From Tubulanus polymorphus (lineage: Eukaryota; Animalia; Nemertea), in contig NC_134035.1 of assembly GCF_964204645.1 (NCBI RefSeq), positions 4,030,001 through 4,094,000 on the forward strand: a stretch of DNA of 64,000 bases, given 5' to 3'. The position numbers and the translations under genes are program-made. The notes beneath the pieces are model-generated. The model was given only the letters and a program-made list of their open reading frames with translations. It did no database searches and was not told where the DNA came from. This document shows positions 52,401 to 64,000 of the stretch, one piece after another; position 1 is the first letter of the stretch, and the number at the start of each line of letters is the position of its first letter.

Positions 52401-54423
52401 ACAACAGGGTCCAGTGTCATTAAAAAGAGTTTGAGCTTAAATCGGTTAAGTTTGAATTGTTGTCCTCATTGGAAATATAAAGTAACCAATAGCCGAGTTT
52501 TTCTCGAAACTGGATCCACTCGGCTCAAGTCCGATGCGATCATTTTGGAATGACGTGTTTCAATCCGATATTTCTTGAGATATTCTTCTTCTGGCCCAAA
52601 CAGTAGACTGATCTTATCTCGGATCTCGGGGACAATAAATTCTGAGTAGGTACCCGAATATCAGAATCGTCGGAGCAAGGATGGGCAAGAATTTGAAATT
52701 GGAAAATTTGTAGTTTTTGGTCGGGATAAACCTAGGCAATTGACTCCAGGGCTCGGTTGCACAGTCGTGACTTCAGTCGAAAATTGGTCTTTAAACTTAA
52801 GATAGGTCTAAGGTTGTTAGATTGGCTAAAGAACTAAGTTGGTCTGAGACTGGTCTTAAATATGAGCCATGACTGTGCAACTGGCCCCGGGTTAAACTAA
52901 ATCAACTGTATATAGGCCTATATTTGAATTATATCACATCCTACTCGAATCTGACTTCTACCGTGTCTACTGTATTTGAATGGAAAATACACAAAACCCT
53001 CGTTGATTATTTCAGGACGCTGCGTTTACGAATCGACTGGAATCTCTTTGCGATACGGCGGTTTGTCTCGAGTCTTTCACCGGGTCGGAGAAAGAAAAAA
53101 ATCCCGCGTTTAAAGAATATCACGGTACTTAAAACATCAACAATGTGTAAGGCAGGTTTCGATCGGATTCCGGTTTAGGACTAACTCTCTTCCGGTCGCT
53201 TCTATCAGGTTTAAAGATTAGGATATTCTGCAATAGGTAGAGCATATTCTTGTCAAAATTCTGGAGAATTCTGGAATCGGTCCACACTGATCAAAACCTG
53301 TCTAAGATACGAATATTGAGTGTTGTATAATTCATCGCTTAGCAATTTTTCGCTGTTTGAATTCTAGGTTTGTTCCATATTAAAAAGTTACCGAGATTGA
53401 ATTCGCTGCAGGGTCACATACCGGAATCGAATGACATGGCGTTTAAACTTCATCGGAAAAAACTGACAATCGAGGTGAGTACATTTTCCAACTGACTACT
53501 CGACAACTTCGATACAGTAGACAGGGTGGCCACTGACCTGGAAAATCTAGAAAACTCGGGGATTCAGAAAAATCTAGGAGAAATCGGCGAAACAAGTTTT
53601 ACCAAAAACCTGGACTGCTCAGGGAATTCGGATAATGCTATTGACCGTGTGTTTCTTTATCAATACGTGATTCGAAAAACGAATTGTAATATTTCAAACT
53701 CAGGGAATTTTGCGTAATCAAATATAAAAATCAGGGAAAACTCAGGGGATTAGTGTATGGGCAGAAAGTGGCGACCCTTGTAGACTGCAATTGCCTTAGA
53801 TCTTTTTGGGCTGATGAATTTTCTCCGAGCTAAGCGAATCCTCGGGCAGACAGACCAATGATTGGTAGTCATCGCATAAATTCGAGTGGGAAAATTTTAT
53901 AAACATTTTGTCATGCAATAATCGGAGGCTGTAGCTTCTGCTGCAATCCTTCATATGTCCCAACTGCAAAGCCTTCAAAAGTAATCGTTGGATCCACACC
54001 TCAGGACCCAGTTCCACAGTTGTGAGTTAGCGTTAACTCCGAGTTGAAATTAGTTCATTTTCAATGTTATAACTCCTGAGTTAAATCTGAACTCACAACT
54101 GTTGAACTGCGGATCCTGTGTTGTACAGTCAAACCAGCTTAAGATTTCCGGTAAGCCACATGAATTTGGATGATCCCAAGCGGTAATACTATTGTGCTTT
54201 TTACAACCTACCCGGAGCGGTGGAATTTTTGTAATTTGCACCAACCGCGGAGCATTCTCACGCCTAACCAATTCGATCGTAATTTCATTTCATTTCATAG
54301 ACGTTGCATCTACCGCCGGAACTATCTGAGACGACTAGCCGTTCGCAAGAAGACCCAGCTCCTCGAATGCAACAAACTGGTTGTGGCGCCACCGGGCAGC
54401 TACCGAATAAACTAGACTTCTAG
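49415..54423 (+). CDS. ELP4: Elongator complex protein 4
   Basis: Ten exons: 49415-49544, 49901-49936, 50028-50158, 50244-50369, 50847-50971, 51354-51481, 52139-52293, 53016-53124, 53368-53474 and 54301-54423. Motifs include [57 protein letters not shown] and terminal LDF*. Confidence 0.96.
51555..52050. repeat. Degenerate ~50-bp tandem array of the TIR unit of the 3276/29429 MITE, in ELP4 intron 6
   Basis: Repeated cctccctcacagggatttgaacctgatggcatc..gactcggcca. Confidence 0.75.
53522..53779. mobile_element. hAT-like MITE (CAGGGTGGCCAC...GTGGCGACCCT)
   Basis: TIR-like ends and CAGGGAA-rich interior; related pieces at ~47341, 56572-56646 and 59001. Confidence 0.65.
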
Positions 54424-54938
54424 TACGTATATATTAACGTGCCATGTTCCATTCTCTCGAAGGTACGGGATTTTAACGACGTGATAAAAATAAAGATCGA
54501 GCCAATTACTATTTGTTTCGTATTAGTAAGCCGTGCGTTTGGCGGACGAAAATCTCTCTAAATCCGAAAGATTTTGGAACGATGATATTCATTCGTTTCA
54601 TTTAAGAGACGCTCCATCTTTCCGTATTATGTTAATAATATTATCTGTGTTCGTGCGTAAAGTTAAGTGAAATAACCGAATAAAATTTAAAGAAAGTTAC
54701 GTTTTGCAAGTAGAAATATTACGATTGTAATTGTATGGATTTTACTATGATCGATGCATTGATTCAACAGAACGCTCGGCGCTTCTTCGACGACGACGAC
54801 AGAATTAAAACAAGCAGATGTAAGTCGAGAAACACTCAATCATTAACACAACGTTTTGATTTTAGTTCGTATTCAAGGAGAGGAAGGACGACCTCTCCGT
54901 TTATATAACATAGTCAACCCTTCAATTATCCACCATCT

Positions 54939-55208
54939 TCAGGGGCGGATCCAGAGGCCAATTTTGAAGGACTCGTTACATCCCAAAAGGGCATTGTGAT
55001 ACCCAAAAAAGGCAATATTATGTGTACTCCTGCACTAAGGAGCCAGTTTTGATGAACTTGCTTTGAAGGGCACTATGATGTCCACAAAGGCAATATTAGG
55101 GACACTGCTGCACTGAAAAGCACCAACTATCTTTGTTGACAAATTAGAATAGGGCAATCATTTGATAGGCTTGTACAAGTCTCACACTTCCCCTGGATCT
55201 GCTACTGA
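54939..55208. mobile_element. hAT-like MITE (CAGGGGCGGATCCAG...CTGGATCTGCTACTG)
   Basis: Inverted ends and internal aagggca repeats; a related start lies at ~30324. Confidence 0.6.
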
Positions 55209-56676
55209 TCTTCAGTTTTAAGCTGAAATTTGTCATGATTACGAATCAAAACGATGAATAATTACAGCGGTGGATAATTGATGGATGACTGAAGTAAGAT
55301 TTGTCACCGACGAGAAAGTCGGCATTTCTTTATTTTTCGTTTGTTTCTATCCTTACATAGTAAGAATGATTAAATGTATATCGAGGAATAGGGTCGACGG
55401 TATGCTCATCATTGGGCCTACTGTATGCTCATCAACTTGTCCAAAAATCTTCCATTCTATAAAAGCGAAATAACGTAACGATCTAAGCGGCAAAATCGGT
55501 TTTAAAACCGAGCCTCGCAATGCCTAAAACGCAGTCGATTGATAACAACGCCTGAATGTACTGTACCGAAGTTTTATTGCATTCTCTAAGTTCCAAAAAA
55601 CCAAAAATATTTCTCAATATTTACAAGTAAGAATATACGATCTCTATATACACATGCATACTGCTGTACATCAAAAACCATTCCATTCATAAATATATCT
55701 CTATAGAGCACACATTATTAAAACAAGCCGGGGACCAGTTACGCATTCATCACTTACATTCAAGACGATTTTAGTTCTTTGTAACCATTCTAAGGACGAG
55801 TCTTAAGAAATATTAAAGACCCACTTAAGGACTCGACTGCGTCACTGGGCCCCGGAAAATCGATTCATTTAAAAATTCACAATTCGATAATACTCAATGA
55901 TGGCACATCAGACTCTGGAATCCCTGAAAATTACATTCAATTAAAACATTGATTACGATATCAAAAATATTCTAGAACAATCTATTAATATCTTGATCTC
56001 AGTGGTTATAAAAACAAACATGAAATTCGATGTGCCTCCATATGAACTTCAACTCATTTCATATGCCGGAAAGTTGAAGCTTTCATAATTTTCTATACTG
56101 CTTAAGTTTAAGACTCGTATATTTCGTTGCGCCATAAATGACAAAAGCCCTCCTGAAAAACATGTGAAAAAAAGGCACTTTTACTGCTGCCAAATTTTTC
56201 CATTTTACCCATTTTGGAATATACGATATCACAAGTAATCATTATAACTGGTACCGATACAATTCCTCTAATTAATATTTCATTGCAATACTTAATGTGT
56301 AAATAATAAATCAGACCCTGGTACCAGAATACGCAGTTTATAATCGAATACCAAATGTTCAGGTACCTGAATGAATGTTCTTCAAAAGAATACAGTAGAA
56401 CTCACTTAAATTCGGATGATCAGTTTTAAGTACTGCCCGAATATCTCTGAATCAAGTGAAATTCAAACTATGATTGATAGTTACCGGTAACCATTAATTC
56501 AGATAGTTCCTGGGTTCCTACAGAGTTAAATTGACCAAACATTTCATCCGAATTAAGTCGGGGTATAAAATCAGGGTGGCCAGTGACCTAGGAATTCCGC
56601 GGATTTACATAGGGAATTTGTAAGTTGGCAGAAAGTGACCATCCTGAAAGCGGGTACTGCATGATCATCAGTTTCT

Positions 56677-59600
56677 TTAAACTCTGGTGCCGATATCGCC
56701 CGATAAATTACTAGCGTCGAGCTCAGATAAATCTGCGGCCGCCGGGTTCGATGCGCCGTCGTGAAGTTCGACCTGTATCGACGCCGCCACCGCTGCCGGT
56801 GTTTGCAGTTGAACGCCGCTGGTTATCGTTTCTAACTGACTTTGCGAACGATGGCGCCTCGACGCCGCACCCGGCAGCAGATCGCTCAACGAACGCGGTC
56901 TTGACCCGCTGGATGCCCGGCGCGAACGCTCGCTGCCCCCCGATATCTTACGCTGGCGTTCCAGACGGTATTCGTACTGTTCGTTCAACTCGAAATTGCG
57001 GTCGATCTGCGAGAAGTTGCTGATCGCCGAAACGATCGACGAGATGCTCGTGCGACGTTTGTTCACCGGGTAATCGGCGTCGATGTCCGGCTGGTGGCTG
57101 CGTTGACTGTACGTGCGCATGCGACGCAGCGGCGAGTCTTTCGGCGGCACCGTCTCCGTGCAGCTCACTGTGCGTTTACGATTCGATGGTTTCCAATCGT
57201 CGTCCGCGCGAACGCTTAAATCGAGCGAGTTCAGATCTCGGTCCGACGACGTCGACGGTCGCGGAGTTTCGGCGTCGTCGTGTATTTGAACGTCTTTCGT
57301 GTCGAACGATACTTTGTTGTGGCCGTTGTTCAGTTCTTTGATTCGCGACGCTTCTTCTTTACGAACTTGTTCCGCCACCTAGAAATGAATCGAATGGAAA
57401 AACGTTATTTCCATTCCACATTTAGTAGGTATATAGCGGCACTCTTCCACGTAATCATAAGTAAATCATTATAGTTTCAAAAAAATGCGCCCGAACTGTT
57501 GGTGGAACTGTCAATATTTTGCTAAGTTAAATATCAGGGAACTCTGTGGCGTTGAGACTGATGCAAACACAGTAAAGCTACTTTACAATGCCACTGTTGG
57601 GACCAATGAAAAATATGGCGTTGAAAAGAATGGTATTTTCATTGAATTTTAGTCAGAATTCGCAACTTTGTTCTCTGAAAAATGTTATGGCGTTAAGAGA
57701 GCAGTGGCATTAAAAAGGATGGGGGCGTTATAACGAATATTGACTGTACTTCATCAAGTTAAGAATTTGGAGAAATTGATGGTGTTTACAAATAGATTGA
57801 TGATATACTGAGGAGTTTATACATCAATGACGTAGTTACCTACTTCTTGTTTTCAACGGAATATTTTCATTAGTATTAATATTAATATTTTCATTGTATA
57901 AGTATTTACTTATTGCGGCGTCAATATTGAACGATGACTATTTCATATTTGCTGCGCTTACTGATAAGACAATAATAAGAGGTGATAAGATTGATGGGCG
58001 GACATGTAGTTAGCGATATGACATATACTCGAGCATATATCATATGCATAAAGCTGTGACTACCATGTAGCTCTTCTAAATAAAGGCTTTAACAGCAATA
58101 CGACCCTAATTCTTATGCCAAATAATATTCTATACCTTTTTACTGCATAGCTCTATATATTTGCTCTATGCATGCTTCAATGCTTATTATATAGGGGCTA
58201 TAGATGGGTCAAATTTTATATACTAATTCCATGCTTCTTTCCCGCTGGTGCCTTCTATATACAGTTATGTAATGGCCCTTTATTTCATTTTTACCTTATT
58301 TTTAGAATTTATGGTTACAAAAAATAAGTTTTAAATGTACATAGCAAGAACCACTTCATATAAGTATCATCATCAAGCCGTGTTACGAGTACATGCACCT
58401 CTTCCGCATTCCGACAAGCGTAAAAATGTAAAATATTTAAAACCGTAGCCGATATCCCGTTGACAATTGAAGCTAGAAAAATAGGGTGCACGCGAACAAG
58501 TCATAATGTCAGTATGTCTCGGAATAATGAAAATAACACAGACACGATTACATTATGTGTACAAAGGTTGAAAACCTGAAACCAAACGACGATAAAGGTT
58601 AATACAAACACGAAGAAACAATTGAGCATAAAACCGAAATTCATGTTATAAGCATGCATGGACAAAATAAGATAAGTTTTAAAGGGTTAAATTTGTGCGA
58701 AAACAATAAAATAGCAAGCGATGAAATGATAAATGAACACTTACCAGACCGATCTGTATGTGAAGCATAAAGAAAATATTGATTTTAAATGCGAGGAAAT
58801 AGCTTAAAAATCCTCTTCATATTGTTATACTGCTAATCAACCTGTTATTGCCAGCGTGTGTAACTGGGTTTACACTAAAATATCACCTTACCTTAACAGG
58901 GGCCATAATAATGGTTTTTGTGTGGCTCATTAAATTGTCCGACTTTTAACTCAAAAGTATCTCCTCAATTAAGAATATGTGTGGATGAAAGATGTATTGG
59001 CAGGGTGGCCACTTACCCGGTAATCAGGGAGAAGTCTTCTTTTCTTTGATAAAAGAGTTAGTATATAAAAGTCAATATTGGAGGAAGTTTTTTGAGACAA
59101 CTAGATCGTGCGTGAAATCAAACAGTTTCCGTCTATGTTGTACGTTTTTGACTAAGTTAATCAGATTGTTAACAGGTCAAGAGATACATTGTGCATGTCA
59201 GGGCATAATCGGGAAAAATGATTACCTCATATAAGCCAATTAAATAGTCAGTCCAGTTGAAAGTCCTTTTTCAACTAAAGCAAGGATGGCAGGGTGTGTG
59301 GAGAGTAGTTGTTGTTAGGGTATTGTAAGCCGTTATTTTGAGCTCGAAGCGGTAAGTATTTTATTCTTCATTTTTGAAAGGTCAGTCGCCAGAAAGCGGA
59401 TATTCGGATTTCTGACGCAAAACTTACAAAACGATTCAGGCTCGACACGCACAGGCCGGGTTATTGGTCGCATTTCTCATTTTTGTCGCCCATAGCGCCG
59501 TAACCATGGTGACAACGGCGCAACAATGGACGCACCTGCGAAGGCGTTATTTTATTGAAAGAAATAAGAAAATAAAAAAGAATGGTAGGTTTCGTTTAAA

Positions 59601-60209
59601 AGAACACTTACTTCCGAGAGTTCGTACATTGGCATTTCAACCAACTGTGAAAAAGACAATTCATAAAACGAACTGTTCTTCATGTATTTTAGCACAGAAT
59701 TACTTAATAATATTTGCCTTATTGAACAAATTGATGAAACCCCACTTTAAATTTTCAGGGGCTGCAGTTGTTCAAAAGTTGGTTAGAGTTAACCAGCGGA
59801 TAGTTGACATAGTGACAATTAAAAGTTCATTGTTGCTATGGTATCTTTCCACTGGTTATCTTTAACCAACTTTTGAGTAACTGGCTCCACGAGCCCGGTT
59901 CTACGGGCAAGGCTTAGACTTAAGACCAGTCCTAAGACCATCTTAGTTCTGGGTTATTATAATCTTATTCATTTTTCGTGCTTCTTCACTTTGACAATTT
60001 CCCGCAGCTAAAAAAACTGTTGCCGTCTTAAAAAATACGTAGCTCACCTTGGCTTCGATGTCGGCGTCCTCGTTCGGCGGGACGCGGTTCTTAATAAACG
60101 ACACGATTACCAGCGCGACGATGAATAGTATCACCATGACGATCGGTACGACGATATTGACCGCCGCCGGCCAGTACGCGGAATCACCGGGTCCAAAATC
60201 CGAAGCCAT
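56677..60209 (-). CDS. Uncharacterised single-pass (type III-like) membrane protein with a long cytoplasmic tail
   Basis: Exon 60209-60048 (MASDFGPG..AAVNIVVPIVMVILFIVALVIVSFIKNR..DIEAK) joins in phase 0 to terminal exon 57378-56677 (VAEQVRKEE...GDIGTRV*). Optional 9-nt exon 58753-58745. Candidate 5'-UTR donor at ~61750. Confidence 0.75.
58745..58753 (-). CDS. Candidate 9-nt frame-preserving microexon (Ile-Gly-Leu)
   Basis: Minus strand: ttttctttaTGCttcacatacAG|ATCGGTCTG|GTAAGT; phase 0/0 matches the flanking exons. Confidence 0.6.
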
Positions 60210-62394
60210 TTTTATTGTTTTTAAATGCGTGTCGTTAATGATCGTCGCAGCAGTCAACTGAAAAAAGGGAAAATACTTTTATAGTTTAACTCACTAGATG
60301 AACTGAATTGTTAAGTACTGGTAACTGAACTAGGTCGGGGCCTAGCTAACAGTGGAATCTTGCTATAATGAACTTCAGGAGACCAGAAAATCTGTATGTT
60401 ACGACTGATACAGCGGAACCTCGTTAAAACAAACTTCAGGAGACCAGAAAATCTGTTCATTACAACCAGCAATAATTTGTCTTTTTTCCAACCCAATATT
60501 AGATTAACCAAATTTTCTCACTAATATCGAAATTTATTGTCATATGCAATTTGAATTATATCCCAATTTGTTATATCCAAGGTTCCACTGTACATAAGCG
60601 CATTCCCGAATACTGTTGAATACGTTCTGATTCAGAAAACCGTTAACAGTTCTTATTCAACGGAGAGCAGTTCTTTCGGTTACATCATCACGTTAATCCT
60701 GAATCAAGTATTGAAAGGTCGGAAGCTTTTGCTCGATGCATATAAACTAGTGCGGTATTTAATCTTAAATGAAATGACTATTATTTCGAGCATGTGACTG
60801 CGCGAGTACCTCTTGATTCACTAATGAAATCACTAGTGACTTTACACGGGGCTCGCCGCGCTAATCACCAATGTTGATATGGTATAGTAGAACTAGATAG
60901 GTGTTAACAGTGTTAACGATATCAGGCACGCCAAAAATAGGTCAACACCAGTTCAATCTCAAATTGCTAGAGGCCTGCTACTGTCTCGAAAGCCTAGGAG
61001 GGCTATACATAGGTCAACCATGTTCCATGTCCGTCACGCCAAAAATAGGTCAACATCAGTTCAATCTCAAATTTCTTTTGAAAAAGTTCAGATAAAGAGA
61101 ACTTTTTATTCAATGATAATCGCGCTGAAATCTGTACACATCAATTTCGATATCTCGTTGAATAAACAGAGTTCATGCAGCTGCCTTATATCTGGCGATA
61201 AGTTTGGCGATGAGTTTTTCAGGGGGTGTCGGATCCACCCCTGAACAGCTGCTAATGCACAGCCCTCAAGCGAGTTTTGATGTCAGTAGCGTTCGGCTAT
61301 ATATAGGCAGAGAAAAAGTACTGCAGACGAGTTGACCCTACTAGGGTCTAAACAAACAATTCAGATATATCAGGTTAAAATGATGTCAAACGTAAGATAT
61401 AATATTCTTCTTGTCAGTTCAAAGTGTCGCGCACAAGTTCCTCACTTGAGTGGACAGGCGCTCCAGCAGAACTGTTTTGACATTTGTACAAGCAAGTCAA
61501 GCCTCAGGGCGAAACACTGTGACTGCACAACAATAGTGGCGTTAGCCTGTTCTGCCATAGTTCCCTCATGGATTCCTTTTTCATGTTGTTGATTTCATCG
61601 ACCCTCTAGCTAGTCGATTGACGATTCATTCAGTCAGATCGTTTTTCGCCCAGTTTTTCGTTCTTCCATATTCCGATGGATTTTTTTGAGAAATCACGGG
61701 TGACTAACTGCGGATAGCACGCGTCACAATCTATATTACAATATGCTTACCCGTGATCAGTTCATTTCATCGACTGTCACGCGATAATCTGTTTGTAATC
61801 TGTTTGTTTATTTATCTTCCGACGACACACTCGTGCAGCTAATAATCCCCAGAACGTGTGTATGTGCTGACCTAGATATCCGGGAATCCCGGAAATTATT
61901 TCCGGTATCCCCCGTGACAATCGCGCTAAGTACCGACGTGTGTCGATGTAGTTGTTTTAATATGATTGGGTTCGAATCCCAGCGATCGTGCGCCGTGACG
62001 TCCGCTTATAAACGCACATGGCTAATATCCGATATAAATTTACTCTAATTTGTATTGTCCTTATTTGTATATGCCATTCAACTTCTTGATAACGCCCGTA
62101 GTTCCCTTTGGAATGCTCTACCCATAAATGTTCGTCGCTGCGAGGGATAGTGGAAAAATTCAAACTACTACGAAAAACCGTCATTACCGGCCTGTTTACT
62201 CTGGTTTTTGAACATTGAATCGAGTGAAATCGGCGCTAAATAATTATCATTTCGACACCAACATCAGTTTCTCCTTTCGATTCACAAACACCGGTGTAGT
62301 ATCGTGGGATTTATTCTTCGTCCAGTGCGGCGTCTGATGGTCCGTCGTGGCTTTAGAATGATAACTGCCGAGAGTACGCTTGGTGGTGGAGAAT

Positions 62395-63101
62395 AGCACG
62401 CCTGATGGTGTGGTTATTGAAATATAACTGAGCACGCCTGATGGTGTGGTTATTGAAATATAACTGAGCACGCCTGATGGTGTGGTTATTGAAATATAAT
62501 TGAGCACGCCTGATGGTGTGGCTATTGAAATATAACTGAGCACGCCTGATGGTGTGGTTATTGAAATATAACTGAGCACGCCTGATGGTGTGGTTATTGA
62601 AATATAACTGAGCACGCCTGATGGTGTGGTTATTGAAATATAATTGAGCACGCCTGATGGTGTGGTTATTGAAATATAACTTAGCACGCCTGATGGTGTG
62701 GCTATTGAAATATAACTGAGCATGCCTGATGGTGTGGCTATTGAAATATAACTGAGCACGCCTGATGGTGTGGTTATTGAAATATAATTGAGCACGCCTG
62801 ATGGTGTGGTTATTAAAATATAACTGAGCACGCCTGATGGTGTGGTTATTGAAATATAATTGAGCACGCCTGATGGTGTGGCTATGAAATATAACTGAGC
62901 ACACCTGATGGTGTGGTTATTGAAATATAATTGAGCACGCCTGATGGTGTGGTTATTAAAATATAACTGAGCACGCCTGATGGTGTGGTTATTGAAATAT
63001 AATTGAGCACGCCTGATGGTGTGGTTATTGAAATATAATTGAGCACGCCTGATGGTGTGGTTATTGAAATATAATTGAGCACGCCTGATGGTGTGGCTAT
63101 T
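62395..63101. repeat. 36-bp tandem array, ~20 units
   Basis: Unit AGCACGCCTGATGGTGTGGTTATTGAAATATAA(C/T)TG; 12-aa periodicity in the ORF track. Confidence 0.97.
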
Positions 63102-63145
63102 AGAATTACATCATGCCTAATGGGAGCTAAAGCCGAAACGTCGCG
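63082..63145 (+). ncRNA. Hammerhead-like motif terminating the 36-bp array (non-canonical core)
   Basis: CGC-CTGATGG-tgt-GGCT...AGCC-GAAAC-GTC-GCG: stem I CGC/GCG, stem II GGCT/AGCC, GAAACGTC. A9 is replaced by G. Confidence 0.5.
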
Positions 63146-64000
63146 ACTCTTATATCTCTTACGGAACATTGCCGGGGCTTATCGTGGTACGTTTTACGTT
63201 TCATCTTACAAGGGCAATTGTCTTTCTCTGACCTACGTTAACCGGACGTTTTTGAATTTCGTACTGTCAACGGGAGAAATACACATCTATGGCCTCAAGT
63301 TGGGTAACTAGCGGCAGCAATCAGACAATGACGGGGATGAATGGCACAACTTGAGATATTTATTAAACTTTTTACTTTTAAAGTAAACATTTTTTTTGTG
63401 ACGACAATATTGTCGATACTGTCTGTTTAGTCGGTCCCGAACTCAGGCTGACTAAGATTTCACATCCGAACACTGCAAAAAACAAACAAAACGAATAAGA
63501 AGATAATAATATTATAATAATAATGATATTTCCAAGATCGGCCTGGAAGCGAATGTCAGGGCTAGAGGCGATATTAGGCTGACTGAATTATTATTATTAT
63601 TAAATTGTTATCAATCAGAAATAATTATAAAAGCGGCTTCGCAGAGAATACCGGTACAATACCCGGTAATGTTCATATGAACGACAATTTCTAACTCAAT
63701 ATAACTAATAAACCGTCTCAGTTCTGGTGGGTTGGTATTTTCAATTCATTTATTAATCAATCAACTTCATTATCAAAGAAATATTTCTTTCACGGCAAAA
63801 TAACCACGACGAATAGATCGGTATTAGGCAGGCGTCTGGGTAAAAGAAATTGAGCACCGAGAATGATAACGATTTCCAACGAAATTAATATCGAAATTGA
63901 TTTAATTATCGATAAGTCAACCGTGTTCTGTATAAGTAAAAGAACTGACCCGATAATGCGATAAAGTGCGGGCCGACGGATCTGTGGCCCCGGTCCATTT

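Noticed and set aside
59428-59535. Internal coding exon of the membrane-protein gene
   Set aside because: It has an AG and a GTAAGT, but the required phase-0 frame stops after 24 codons. At most an alternative terminal or UTR exon.
62247-63169. ISITTPSGVLNY-repeat ORFs
   Set aside because: By-product of the 36-bp array; a 1-bp deletion at ~62885 breaks the frame and there is no gene context.

Overview
Eukaryotic, intron-containing, AT-rich animal DNA (bilaterian invertebrate; taxon not determinable here). Conserved genes reconstructed by hand from GT-AG exons: the 3' end of a vesicular glutamate transporter (VGLUT/SLC17A6-8, +), a DRAM autophagy modulator (-), TRAF6 (+), a short SPMIP2/C4orf45 (DUF4562)-like gene (-) and ELP4 (+). 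There is also an unrecognised single-pass membrane protein (-) with a candidate 9-nt microexon. The region ~5.6-29 kb is an accessory island. It holds a ~3.3-kb tandem duplication whose first copy is split by a 7.16-kb TIR element of unclear superfamily (itself carrying nested elements), a Helitron-like element, a tRNA-SINE, satellites and two long orphan ORFs. A 5.5-kb Sola-like foldback element, with inverted 59-bp arrays, a nested solo LTR and a nested MITE, sits between the divergent DRAM and TRAF6 5' ends. Most notable non-gene signals: a pair of minimal type-I hammerhead ribozymes 165 nt apart on the sense strand of a VGLUT intron (retrozyme/Penelope-like), and a 36-bp satellite that looks like an amplified half-hammerhead ending in a near-complete hammerhead. 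All coordinates were read manually and may be off by a few bases. No database searches were run.
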